This document shows, piece after piece, positions 19,063 to 28,777 of a stretch of DNA of 64,000 nt (positions within the stretch are counted from its first letter, which is position 1; every line of letters begins with the position of its first letter). This DNA comes from a bacterium. Lineage in GTDB: Bacteria > SAR324 > XYD2-FULL-50-16. The translations under genes and the position numbers were made by a program. The DNA is taken from assembly GCA_032250835.1 (NCBI GenBank), contig JAVVEA010000003.1, forward strand, positions 194,265 to 258,264, in the 5' to 3' direction. Under the pieces are notes generated by a model, which searched no databases, was not told the origin of the DNA, and was given only the letters and a program-made list of their open reading frames with translations.

Positions 19063-19611
19063 TTAAAAGTCTTCGAAGAGGCCTGTCGGCTTGCCGTCGA
19101 TGCTGGTTTGGTTGTTCTGGGCCCGGTACTCGGCCAATACCTCGGGCCCTTTTTTTAGGCCCCACTGGGTCAGCTTTTCACGGTCACCTTGGTACTCAAA
19201 GAAGGGCACCCCATAGCCGCAAGAGGTCTGCGCCGAATCTAGTTGCACTAAAACGATTTGCCGGGCCGCCAAATGCGGTGTAAACTGGCTGTAAAGCTCT
19301 TCCCACTCAGGGTGCCGGGGGTAAACCGCCCGGCCTTGGCCGTAGAGTTTTAAAATTAAGGGCTTTTGGTCGAAGGAACAAAACATCACGGTGATGCGCC
19401 CATTCTCAAAGAGATGCGCCGAAGTCTCGTTGCCCGAGCCGGTGAGATTTAGAAAAGCAAAGGTTTTTGGGCCTAAAACCCGGAAACTATCGAGCCCTTT
19501 GGGGTTGAGGTTGATGCGCCCCTCAAAGGGTGCGGTAGCGACGAAGTAAACCTTCTGTTCCTGAATAAACTCAATGAGTTTATCCGACAAAGCGTCAAAG
19601 AATTGTGCCAT
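19063..19611 (-). CDS. Pyridoxamine 5'-phosphate oxidase-family FMN-binding protein
   Basis: FVATAP, NLNPKG, TGSGNETSAH, MFCSF, TSCGYGVP. Confidence 0.9.
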   Translation of the reverse strand: MAQFFDALSDKLIEFIQEQKVYFVATAPFEGRINLNPKGLDSFRVLGPKTFAFLNLTGSGNETSAHLFENGRITVMFCSFDQKPLILKLYGQGRAVYPRHPEWEELYSQFTPHLAARQIVLVQLDSAQTSCGYGVPFFEYQGDREKLTQWGLKKGPEVLAEYRAQNNQTSIDGKPTGLFEDF

Positions 19612-19791
19612 TGTTTATACCCAATATCGCGTTTTTTCCAAAATTAGCCTAAACAGTCTAGAACCAGTCGTAAAGCCAAAGAAACGAACTTAGGAGATTT
19701 GCCTAGGGAGAAATTCCGTTTACCTGCGAGCGGCTTTGTTCTACACTCGTCCACAGCCTTAAGACCCAGTCAACCTCGAGGACTTCAGAAT

Positions 19792-21753
19792 ATGCGCGTC
19801 GAAAATCAAGCGCTAAAGCGATTGCTGGCGGTGAGCCCTCTCGCCGAGGCCTACGCTAAAGAAGCCTTCATCAACATGGGGGAGCAGCTCGACGAGAAGC
19901 TGGCTGACTACCTCCACAAAACCGTGGTTTCTTATTCCAAACTGACGACCATCAAGGACCGCATCTTCGGGGCCCGTGACATTGGCGACAAGTTGGAAGT
20001 GGCGCTGGACTTGATGCCCACCCTGATCTTTACGGCCCCCTTCCGGTTTAAAGCCGAAGGCCGTCCCGCTGTGGCGCTGCGGCAGCTTCACATCGCCGTA
20101 TTGGACGCGGCCATGAACCGCTACCGAGAATCTACCAACTTCCAAACCGAGTTTTTTAAGTCCATCCCTTTTTCGATCAAACAAGCGGAATTGGACCAGA
20201 AAATGGACTTGGACAAGGGGGATGAGACCTTTTTGCCCCGTCAGGTGATGCTGGAGATGATCCAGGTAGCCCAGGGCTTTTTGCGGCTGCCCAAGAGCGG
20301 CAAGCGCAATGAGTTGATCGAGCAATATTACATCTACCAAGCGACGACCCAGATTTTTTTCCAGTTTTATTTTGAGCTGATCACCAAGGCCCCTTCGGAC
20401 ATGGTGGTGGCACTGATCGAAAAGATCTTTGCTTATCTTTTGGCGGCCCTGCGGCGCTTTGAGATCTTGCACTTCATGCAATCTGACGTCTCGAGTGATC
20501 AGATCGAATTTTGGATCGAAAAGGACGCCGCCAATGCGCGCCACCCGATGCTGCGCAAACACATCTTCTCATATGCCGCCAACTACAGCCCGCTACTGCG
20601 CGCCGGGGGGCAACAGGCCCTATCGGCGAACGGCCAGCGGTTGCTACAGATCCAAATCGAAGCGATCAAACAAATGGGTGTGGCCCGCTTGACCTTGTTG
20701 CTCAAAAGCCTGCGGCGCTACCGGGGAAAGGGGCCGATAAAGTTTATTTTGGCCCAGTTGCAACGAAGCCAGATGGACCTATTAGAATCGCTATTAGAAC
20801 ATCTGCAAAATACCGAAGACGCCGAGGAACAAGACATTTTGCGCATGGCCGCCGCACTGGGTAAAAACTTACGGGGCAAATCAGCGCAGAAACAGAATTC
20901 CGGAGCGACCGGTAAGGTGTTGGCTTCGGCCGAAGCGCAGCGACTGGTGTCCGCCAAGCGGAATCTGGCCAATATGGACACCTCGAAGATGCTCAACCAG
21001 CACAAGATTGCGGATTACCTCAAAGAGCAACTCAAGAAGGTCTACGAGCGGGCCCGCAAAGAAGGGGCCATGACCAAAGACAAGATCCCCAAGTACTTAG
21101 CCTCCTTCGCCGATAGTTCCTCAACGGTGCTTTCGAAGCCGCGCATGGCACCGTCGGAAGTCGAAGAATTTGTGGCCAGTACGGACCAAATATTAGAGGA
21201 AATCGTTAGTTCCGCAGGGCTGACCGAAGCCGAGTTGCAGGATACCCGCGAGAGCATCACGACGCAGTCCAAGGCCCTATTGACCGCCGAAACGGTCGAG
21301 GAAAAGGCCGAAATCTTAAACAGCATCGGTGATAAACTGATGGACGCCCAAAATCAGGCAGAAGAAAAACTGCCCGAAGCAGAGCGCCAGCAAGTTAAAT
21401 TTGAGAAATTAAAGGACTCAAAAATCATCTCTATTGGGTTCGAGGAATTCAGCCCTTCGATTACCGTTGCTGAGCTCATGAGCTTTCCGCTAGGGACCAA
21501 AGAGGCGGCTAACGAAGAAGAATGGTTTAAGTGTCACTTAAGTTACTTGCATATCTTGGCAGACCATTCCAAAATCGATAAAGAGAAGTTGGACAACATC
21601 GAGGCCGTTAAAGACCGGTTCCCCAAAATCCGGTACAAAAAGTACTTCGATATTTTTCCTAACAATAAGTTTGATGACTCTGTTTTGAGCGCAGTTTATT
21701 CCTTGTGGGAAAACAACGGGTTAGAGCGCTTGAGACTGGACCAATCTGCCTGA
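19792..21753 (+). CDS. Hypothetical, largely alpha-helical protein (~653 aa)
   Basis: Long ORF with host-like codon use; ATG 19792 after GAGGA; no recognisable motif. Confidence 0.75.
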   Translation: MRVENQALKRLLAVSPLAEAYAKEAFINMGEQLDEKLADYLHKTVVSYSKLTTIKDRIFGARDIGDKLEVALDLMPTLIFTAPFRFKAEGRPAVALRQLHIAVLDAAMNRYRESTNFQTEFFKSIPFSIKQAELDQKMDLDKGDETFLPRQVMLEMIQVAQGFLRLPKSGKRNELIEQYYIYQATTQIFFQFYFELITKAPSDMVVALIEKIFAYLLAALRRFEILHFMQSDVSSDQIEFWIEKDAANARHPMLRKHIFSYAANYSPLLRAGGQQALSANGQRLLQIQIEAIKQMGVARLTLLLKSLRRYRGKGPIKFILAQLQRSQMDLLESLLEHLQNTEDAEEQDILRMAAALGKNLRGKSAQKQNSGATGKVLASAEAQRLVSAKRNLANMDTSKMLNQHKIADYLKEQLKKVYERARKEGAMTKDKIPKYLASFADSSSTVLSKPRMAPSEVEEFVASTDQILEEIVSSAGLTEAELQDTRESITTQSKALLTAETVEEKAEILNSIGDKLMDAQNQAEEKLPEAERQQVKFEKLKDSKIISIGFEEFSPSITVAELMSFPLGTKEAANEEEWFKCHLSYLHILADHSKIDKEKLDNIEAVKDRFPKIRYKKYFDIFPNNKFDDSVLSAVYSLWENNGLERLRLDQSA

Positions 21754-21763
21754 GGAGCAGCTT

Positions 21764-23116
21764 TTGACCGTAAAGCGAACCAGAACCGTAATGATTGACG
21801 ACCTAGACGCGTCGATGACGATCCAGGCTTATTTGGGCTTTTCTAAGCTGTACACCCCGGCGACACCGAAGTCGGCCCAGTGGGTGATGCATAACTTTAA
21901 GGGAAGCAAAGTGATGGTCGAACGGGGCGGCAAACGCGGTGCTCTGCCCATTGAAAAGCTGCGCCCTGGCGACAACCTCCTGCGTATTTACGAGATCCCC
22001 GCCGATAAAGCCAAACTGACCCAAGTCACTCCTCGCTTGGCCGCCGAGCTGAAGGCGCGGGGCTTTAAATCTTTTTTGATCGAAGAAGAGGTCCAGACCC
22101 TCCACTCGGCCGCTGCCGAACGCAAGGCGGAAACCATCGTTAGCGTCAAGAAGCTACAAGAAAAAATGGTCGAAGCTTCCCCAGTGCGCGAAGAGGCCAA
22201 AGGCGCGGTCGAAGACCTGTTGGACAATGCCCGTGCCGGTAAGGTGGACACCAAGCAGGTGATCGCTTATGTAGACCGGATTTGTGACGCAGGCACCTCT
22301 GAGGCCTTGACCGCTATGGTCAGCCTCAAACAGAGTGACCAGACCTACGCCCACTGTGTGGACGTAGCCTCGATCTTCCAGACCGCCTACTTTGACATGC
22401 TCAAGCTCGACGGTCGGCAGAGTGTTTTTCGCGACCCTAAAGAAATCATGCTGGCTGGGTTCATGCACGACTTTGGCAAGTCTAAGGTGCCCAAGGATAT
22501 TCTTGATTCCACGAAGCGTTTCGACCGGGATTCTAAGGAAATGAACCTGTTACAGTCGCACCCCGTTTTTGGTGCCGAATTGCTCAGCCACATGGGCCTG
22601 CCTGACCATATCGTCAACATGGCCCACTACCACCATTGCAAGATGGACCCGGGCATGAAGAGCAGCTATCCGCCGGTTGAATACGAAAAGGTCTACTACG
22701 AGACCCGTATTTTGGCCTTGGTAGACGTCTATCAAGCCTTAGTAGGCAAGCGGAGCTACAAAAAATCTTGGACCCCGCCAGAAACCATCCGCTACTTAGG
22801 GACCTTGGCGGGCGTGGAATACCCCGATGAATTGTACGCCAGCTTTTTAGCGGTCATGGGCAAGTACCCCAAGAGTTCTTTAGTGAAGCTCAGCACCGGT
22901 GCCGCAGGCTTTGTGATGAACGTTCCGACCGACAAAACCCAACTGGACCGGCCCCAAGTCGCCTTGGCGCTAGACGCAGACGGGGAACGCATGACCCACA
23001 ACGACCTAGTGGACTTGCAAGTGGAATTGGATCTTGAGATTGTGGGGGAGTTGGACGCTCAAGACGTCTTTGGCCAACATGCCGTAGACGTCTTCTGCGA
23101 ATTGCACGTCGCTTAA
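21764..23116 (+). CDS. HD-GYP domain protein (variant motif)
   Basis: TYAHCVDVA, MHDFGK, HPVFG, HHCKMDPG…SYP, DVYQAL…RSYK. Confidence 0.85.
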   Translation: MTVKRTRTVMIDDLDASMTIQAYLGFSKLYTPATPKSAQWVMHNFKGSKVMVERGGKRGALPIEKLRPGDNLLRIYEIPADKAKLTQVTPRLAAELKARGFKSFLIEEEVQTLHSAAAERKAETIVSVKKLQEKMVEASPVREEAKGAVEDLLDNARAGKVDTKQVIAYVDRICDAGTSEALTAMVSLKQSDQTYAHCVDVASIFQTAYFDMLKLDGRQSVFRDPKEIMLAGFMHDFGKSKVPKDILDSTKRFDRDSKEMNLLQSHPVFGAELLSHMGLPDHIVNMAHYHHCKMDPGMKSSYPPVEYEKVYYETRILALVDVYQALVGKRSYKKSWTPPETIRYLGTLAGVEYPDELYASFLAVMGKYPKSSLVKLSTGAAGFVMNVPTDKTQLDRPQVALALDADGERMTHNDLVDLQVELDLEIVGELDAQDVFGQHAVDVFCELHVA

Positions 23117-23133
23117 AAAGGTCCCAGGAGCCT

Positions 23134-23409
23134 TTAAAAGGGTGCGTTTTTGTCGTAAAAGGCGCGCCATTTGGTGATCGGCATGAACTCCAGTTCTCCG
23201 CTGTCGTAGTTCATCATGATCCAGCCTTCGGTCATATCCCGCAAGTCTTTCAACTTCTTGATCTCGCTTTCTTCAAGCATCTCCGGTTCTTCGACCAGTT
23301 CTTTCCACAATTCGTACTCCAACTGGACCATCCAGCGGTCTGAATAATATTTGAGCGATAATTTGGCCATATACTCGGCCAGATTCTGCGCGATACCCTT
23401 AATCTGCAT
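23134..23409 (-). CDS. Hypothetical protein (91 aa)
   Basis: Clean ORF with GAGGA SD, downstream of LysR. Confidence 0.7.
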   Translation of the reverse strand: MQIKGIAQNLAEYMAKLSLKYYSDRWMVQLEYELWKELVEEPEMLEESEIKKLKDLRDMTEGWIMMNYDSGELEFMPITKWRAFYDKNAPF

Positions 23410-23433
23410 AGATTCCTCTGGTTTGCAGTCCTT

Positions 23434-24342
23434 TTAAGTGGGAGCCCCCTCCTGGGATTGTTTATCTTGTAGCAACAACTGCCACAAGGTCAACCCAGCA
23501 GCGCCCAAGATTCTTTGCGCCGGGCGTTGTAAATATAAATCAAGATATTGCACACCGAATGAAGGCGTCTCAAAGGCCACCAAGCGGCCTTGGGCTAGTT
23601 CCGGCTCGATCATATGGCGCGGCAGACTGCCCCAACCGGTCCCGTCGAGTAGGATCCTCTTTAATATCTCGAAACTGCCCACATGCCAGTGCGGGGCCCC
23701 TTTTAGATAGTCCAAGGAGCCTTGGGGCCCCTGGCGGGCGGTCTCGGCGACGAGGATCTGGGGCTGGGTTCTAAGGGCCTGATCGCTGAGCTGGCAATCC
23801 TTTAAGGGGCTTTGAGCCCCGTAGACCGGCAGTAGCGCTACCTGGGTCAGCCATTGGCGCTCGATCAGCGTCTCAGGATGCGACGAGCCGCCCTTGGGTT
23901 CGGCGGCAATGGCCAGATCGGCCTGCCCTTCCATAAGGCGTTCCCAGGTACCGCCAAGCAATTCGATCCACAACCTAACCTCTGTGTCGGCAAAGAGCGC
24001 TCCGAAGGTTTCTAACCGCGCTAAAAGCCGTTCTAAGGGGTACAAGGCACTGACCGCCAAGCCCAGGCGGGGCTCAAAGCCCCGCACTAGGCTTCTGGAT
24101 AGGTCTTCAAGTCGCTCGAAGCCTTCGAGCAGCGGGCGGGCGCGGTCTAAAAAAACCTCACCCCGTTCGCTCAGGCGGGCTTTATAGCCCCGACGGTCGA
24201 GCAGTTCAAAGCCGACCTCTGCTTCAAGCTTTTGGATCATGGCGCTTAAGGCTGGCTGGCTTTTGTGCATCCTTTTGGCTGCTTGGCGCAGGCTGCCAGT
24301 CTCGCTTAAGGTCCGTAAAATTTCTAGCGGTTCTCGGTCCAT
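23434..24342 (-). CDS. LysR-family transcriptional regulator
   Basis: GSLRQAAKRMHKSQPALS…LEAEVGFELLDR HTH; substrate-binding domain; divergent from DoxX gene. Confidence 0.93.
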   Translation of the reverse strand: MDREPLEILRTLSETGSLRQAAKRMHKSQPALSAMIQKLEAEVGFELLDRRGYKARLSERGEVFLDRARPLLEGFERLEDLSRSLVRGFEPRLGLAVSALYPLERLLARLETFGALFADTEVRLWIELLGGTWERLMEGQADLAIAAEPKGGSSHPETLIERQWLTQVALLPVYGAQSPLKDCQLSDQALRTQPQILVAETARQGPQGSLDYLKGAPHWHVGSFEILKRILLDGTGWGSLPRHMIEPELAQGRLVAFETPSFGVQYLDLYLQRPAQRILGAAGLTLWQLLLQDKQSQEGAPT

Positions 24343-24345
24343 ATG

Positions 24346-24360
24346 ATCAGTTTAGTGGAT
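24346..24360. promoter_or_regulatory. Putative LysR recognition box (ATC-N9-GAT)
   Basis: ATCAGTTTAGTGGAT in the divergent lysR/doxX spacer fits T-N11-A. Confidence 0.45.
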
Positions 24361-24456
24361 CATGTTGATCAAAACAAACGAATTTTTTCTTATCAGTATT
24401 TCGCGTAGACTGGGAGCGTATCCTAAAAGAAATAACACCATTCCTTAAGGACGCTC

Positions 24457-24897
24457 ATGAAACGCTATCTGATCCACGGAGCCCGCATCCTCTTAGGTGC
24501 GATCTTTTTTATCCAAGGTCTCAATGGGTTCTTTAACTTTATGCCCATGCCCGAGATGCCTGCCGAGGCGAACGGATTTTTGGGGGCTTTGGCGGCGACG
24601 GGATATTTCTTCCCGATGCTTAAAGTCACCGAAACCCTGGCCGGTTTGATGCTCCTAAGCAACCGGTGGGTTCCTTTGGCTTTGCTGATGCTCGCGCCGG
24701 TGACGGTGAACATCATGGCCTTCCACCTATTCTTGGCCCCACTGGGGCTGCCTATTGCGGTGGTGGTGGTGGCTTTGGAGGCCTTGCTGGGCTACCTGCA
24801 CTTTGACGCTTTCCGCGCCATCTTCGCCATGCCTGGGGTGGTGGACCGTCAAATGGAAGAGGAGGCCCATCCTCGACCCCATATCAAGGCCGCCTAG
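24457..24897 (+). CDS. DoxX-family membrane protein
   Basis: ARILLGAIF…GLNGFF, LAATGY, LAPVTVNIMAFH. Confidence 0.85.
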   Translation: MKRYLIHGARILLGAIFFIQGLNGFFNFMPMPEMPAEANGFLGALAATGYFFPMLKVTETLAGLMLLSNRWVPLALLMLAPVTVNIMAFHLFLAPLGLPIAVVVVALEALLGYLHFDAFRAIFAMPGVVDRQMEEEAHPRPHIKAA

Positions 24898-24999
24898 AGC
24901 CGCTTTTGATCTCAGTTGGGGGCCCTTCGGGGCCGCTATTTAGGGTTTGAAGAATTGTCCCCATTCTGGTAAGCCTGTCTGGACAATCTCTTAGAGCCT

Positions 25000-25434
25000 A
25001 TGGCCCCGATGAAATACAAAACCAACGCAACTGCCCTTTATCTCAGCCTGTCCCCAGGCGAAGAAATCATCACCTGCCTGAGCGACTTAGCGCGTCGAGA
25101 AGGTCTTGAGGCTGCTTGGGTGGTGGGTATTGGGGTTGCCAAAGATTTGGAACTGGGCTTTTACCGAGGGCAAAGCCAAGACTACCTAACCCGTCGCTTT
25201 GCCGGGGACTACGAAATCTTGAGCCTAACGGGTAACCTCAGCCTCAAGGATAAGGTGCCGATGGTGCATTTACACGGAAGTTTCTCGGGTGAAGACTTTG
25301 GGGTCATCGGTGGGCATTTTATGGCAGGGACCATCTCTGCGGCCGGAGAATTTTGGGTTTACCCTGGTAGCGAACCGTTGCACCGGGCCTTTGCACCTTC
25401 GCTTAACCTGCATGTCTGGGATTTGGAATCATGA
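25000..25434 (+). CDS. PPC/DUF296 domain protein
   Basis: EILSLTGN, HLHGS, GGH motifs. Confidence 0.88.
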   Translation: MAPMKYKTNATALYLSLSPGEEIITCLSDLARREGLEAAWVVGIGVAKDLELGFYRGQSQDYLTRRFAGDYEILSLTGNLSLKDKVPMVHLHGSFSGEDFGVIGGHFMAGTISAAGEFWVYPGSEPLHRAFAPSLNLHVWDLES

Positions 25435-26840
25435 GAACCCTCTGGCTTTGCTTGCTAGCTGGGTTCTTGCTCGGCTCGGCTGCCTGTTCCTCCAACCCGG
25501 GGAACTCTTCCTTGGACTTTGGCGAAGACGCCCAGTTGATTTCCCAGGCCCGTGGCGGTGATGCATACGCTATGGCTGTCTTAGGGGCCAACTACCGGCG
25601 TGGCGAGGGCATGATACGCGACAGCGAAAAAGCCCGCATCTGGCTCGAACGGGCGGCTTCAAAGGACCACCCTGTGGGCCTGTATAATTTAGCGATCCTC
25701 TACCGCGAGGGCCACGTGGTGCCGAGGGATTTGGCCAAAGCCGATGAGTTGATGACCCGCGCCTTGGGTGGTTTGAAGCGCTTAAGCGAAGAAGAAGACC
25801 CGCGCGCCTGGGCTAACCTGGGGTATCTCTACGAGATTGGCTGGATCTTGCCGCCGGACCGTAAGTTGGCCTTTGAATATTACCAAAAAGCCGCCGAAGC
25901 GGGCTTTGCCCGGGCCCAAAATAACCTGGGCTTGATCTACCAATACGGCGAGCCCGCCCAGCTAGAACTAGCCGCCCATTGGTACCAGAAATCGGCAAAC
26001 CAGGGCTTTGCCCGTGGCCAAGCCAACTTGGCCCAGCTTTATGACCTCGGCTACGGCCTGCCGCGTGACCTTGGTGAAGCGTTAAGGTGGTATGAACTTG
26101 CCGCCAAGCGGGGCAGTGCGATGGCCCAAAACCGGTTGGGAAGTCTCTATGAAACCGGCGAGGGCTATGACCGGGACTACCATGCCGCCTTTAAATGGTA
26201 CCGCCGCGCCGCAGACGACCAATTCGCCCCGGCGATGATCAATCTGGGAAGGCTGTACGAGCAGGGTAAGGGCGTGCCCAAGGACCCCAACACCGCCTTC
26301 TTCTGGTACCTAAAATCCATCGGGGCTGAGCCCGAACTTGGCAAACAGCGGATCAACCGGCTGTTAGAAGACCTAGCGGAGCACAAAAAACATTTGGATT
26401 TACGGGGCTCGAAATTGGCTGGGTTGAGCTTGAAGGGGATCAACTTTTCTGGTGCCGATTTAAGCGGAGCGGATCTGGCCGGAGCGGACTTGAGCTGGGC
26501 TCAGTTTGTGGGCGCTAAGCTGATCCGTGCCAATCTGGTCGGAGCCGACCTGAGCTTTGCGCTGCTGCGTCGGACTGATTTGACCGACGCCAACCTGAGC
26601 CGTGCCAACCTCAACGACGCCCAAATGATGTCGGCCAACTTGACCCGAGCAAACCTAAAGGAAGCAAGCTTGAAGTCTACCGCCTTGGTGGGGGCTAACC
26701 TAACCCAAGCCAACCTATTTGGCATAGACGCCGCACGGGTTAACCTGGAAGGGGCCAACCTGAGCGGAGCGCACGAGGTGCCCAGGCTTTGGAAAGACCA
26801 CCTAGGCAGCGACGGCATCTACCGCGCCGGAACTCCCTAA
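25431..26840 (+). CDS. Lipoprotein with Sel1-like repeats fused to pentapeptide repeats
   Basis: Lipobox-like SAAC; ~7 SLRs (AQNNLG.Y..G); C-terminal ADLSG/ANL repeats. Confidence 0.88.
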   Translation: MRTLWLCLLAGFLLGSAACSSNPGNSSLDFGEDAQLISQARGGDAYAMAVLGANYRRGEGMIRDSEKARIWLERAASKDHPVGLYNLAILYREGHVVPRDLAKADELMTRALGGLKRLSEEEDPRAWANLGYLYEIGWILPPDRKLAFEYYQKAAEAGFARAQNNLGLIYQYGEPAQLELAAHWYQKSANQGFARGQANLAQLYDLGYGLPRDLGEALRWYELAAKRGSAMAQNRLGSLYETGEGYDRDYHAAFKWYRRAADDQFAPAMINLGRLYEQGKGVPKDPNTAFFWYLKSIGAEPELGKQRINRLLEDLAEHKKHLDLRGSKLAGLSLKGINFSGADLSGADLAGADLSWAQFVGAKLIRANLVGADLSFALLRRTDLTDANLSRANLNDAQMMSANLTRANLKEASLKSTALVGANLTQANLFGIDAARVNLEGANLSGAHEVPRLWKDHLGSDGIYRAGTP

Positions 26841-28777
26841 GCCGGTTCGCCGCAGTCTACCGAGCAGGTCCCCACGCGCCGGTACTGCATCCCCCAAGCG
26901 ATCACCAGGGCCAACAGGCCCAATAGGGTGGCGTTGCCTAAGCCCCAAAACTTAAAAATCGTCGGGTGCATCAAGGTGAGCGCTCCTAAGAGCAGCATGG
27001 GCCGTTCGGGCCAGCGGTTGTCGGTGATCAGGTAGTTTTGTAAGAGCGAGGTGAAGGCCAGGGCCCCCAAAAGCGAACGCCCCAAGATCCATAGACCCTG
27101 GGTCCAAGAGGTGATCCCGTGCAGGATCAATTCGGGGTTGAGCACAAACATAAAGGGGATGATCACCGTACGCAGGTCGTAATAAAAGGCCTGCAACCCC
27201 GTGGCGATAGGGTCCGACTTGGCGATGGCCGCGGCCGCGTAAGAGGCCAGCCCCACCGGCGGGGTGTCGTCGGCCAAGATACCAAAATAAAAACAAAACA
27301 GGTGGGCTGCCATCAGCGGAATGGCCCAGCCTTCTTGCTGGCCCAGGGTCACGATGATGGGGGCGGTCAGGCTGGCCATCACAATGTAAGTCGCCGTGGT
27401 GGGTAGGCCCATGCCCAAGAGCAGGCTAGCCACGGCGGTGATCGCTAAGAGGGGCAAGAGCTGGCCGCCCGAAAGTTGCTCGACCCAACTGGTCAACATG
27501 CCGCCCAACCCTAAGCCGACGGTCCCGATCAAGATGCCCGCAGCCGCCGTGGCCAAGGCCACGGGCACCATATTAACCGCCCCACGTACCATCCCTTCGC
27601 CCAATATCCGCCCCGTATCGGCTAGGCCAGACCAAAGGCTGCGCCGTTGCACTTTGGCCTGGAAAAGCATCATGCCCAGCAGCAGCCCCGCAAGTGTTAA
27701 GATAGCGTTGAAGGCCGCCAGTTTAGGGCTGTGCCGCAGCACCACCAACTCCCAAGCCAAGACGGCCAGGGGGATCAAGTGGTGCCAACCGGCTTTCAGC
27801 AAAGGCCACAAGACCGGTCGGTCGGCTTTGGCTAGGCCTTTCATACCCAGCTTACTGGCCTCTAGGTGGGTCACATAAAAGAGCGCACCATAAGACAACA
27901 GGGCGGGGATGAGGGCCGCCTTGACCACTTCTAAGTAGGGCAGATTGACATATTCGGCGATGATGAAGGCTGCAGCACCCATCACCGGGGGCATCAACTG
28001 CCCGTCCGTGCTAGCGGCGACTTCAATGGCCGCCGCCTTTTTGGCCGGGAAACCGCTGCGCTTCATTAAGGGGATGGTGAAGGTGCCGGTGGTGACGATG
28101 TTACTGATCGAAGAGCCCGAAACCAGACCGGTCAGGCCGCTAGAGACCACCGCCGCTTTGGCCGGGCCCCCCTTAAATCGCCCCAGCAGGGCCAAGGCTG
28201 TTTGGGTGAAGAACTCACCGGCGCCGCAGCGTTCTAAAATCCCGCCCAGCAATACAAAAAGAAAGACCGTCGAGGCACTCACGTCCAAGGGGATGCCGTA
28301 TATCCCTTCGGTCGATAGAGCCACTTGGTTTAGGTACCGGGGCAGGCTGGCCCCCGGAAAGGAAAGTGGGCCGGGCAGATAGGGGCCCAAGAAGACGTAG
28401 ACCGAAAAAAAACCGGCAATCAGCGGGAGTGCGGGGCCGATGGCGCGGCGGGTCGCTTCTAACAGCACCAAGACCAACAACCCACCGATCCAAAGATCGC
28501 GGCTTAAGGGCAGGCCCGCTCGGGCGCTGAGCCCTTCCCAATCGAGTACTAAATACAGAGCCAAAAGTGCCGCCACTGTGGCGACCACCCAGGACCAGCG
28601 GGGGTCTGGCCGGTTGGCGCGGCGGCCATAGGGCAGGCTGACAAAAGCTAGGGCCAGGGCAAAGGCCAAATGAACCGACCGGGTCAGCGTGGGGTCTAAG
28701 ATCACCCACCGGGCCACGGCCAGCTGGAAGGCCGCCCAGCCCAAGGCCAGCGGCCAAGCTAGCAGCGGTAAACCCAT
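26837..28777 (-). CDS. TRAP transporter fused 4TM/12TM permease (TAXI-associated)
   Basis: GGPAKAAV, TTGTFTIPLMK, GQLMPPVMGAAAF, LGMGLPTTATY, DDTPPV. Confidence 0.93.
   Translation of the reverse strand: MGLPLLAWPLALGWAAFQLAVARWVILDPTLTRSVHLAFALALAFVSLPYGRRANRPDPRWSWVVATVAALLALYLVLDWEGLSARAGLPLSRDLWIGGLLVLVLLEATRRAIGPALPLIAGFFSVYVFLGPYLPGPLSFPGASLPRYLNQVALSTEGIYGIPLDVSASTVFLFVLLGGILERCGAGEFFTQTALALLGRFKGGPAKAAVVSSGLTGLVSGSSISNIVTTGTFTIPLMKRSGFPAKKAAAIEVAASTDGQLMPPVMGAAAFIIAEYVNLPYLEVVKAALIPALLSYGALFYVTHLEASKLGMKGLAKADRPVLWPLLKAGWHHLIPLAVLAWELVVLRHSPKLAAFNAILTLAGLLLGMMLFQAKVQRRSLWSGLADTGRILGEGMVRGAVNMVPVALATAAAGILIGTVGLGLGGMLTSWVEQLSGGQLLPLLAITAVASLLLGMGLPTTATYIVMASLTAPIIVTLGQQEGWAIPLMAAHLFCFYFGILADDTPPVGLASYAAAAIAKSDPIATGLQAFYYDLRTVIIPFMFVLNPELILHGITSWTQGLWILGRSLLGALAFTSLLQNYLITDNRWPERPMLLLGALTLMHPTIFKFWGLGNATLLGLLALVIAWGMQYRRVGTCSVDCGEPA

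Noticed and set aside
19002-19283. 93-aa ORF overlapping the structured element
   Set aside because: Mostly antisense to the PNPOx-family gene; no SD or motif
19813-20562. 249-aa antisense ORF
   Set aside because: Shadow of the plus-strand gene; no motifs
26400-26770. 15-bp periodic repeats
   Set aside because: Encode pentapeptide protein repeats; not CRISPR or VNTR
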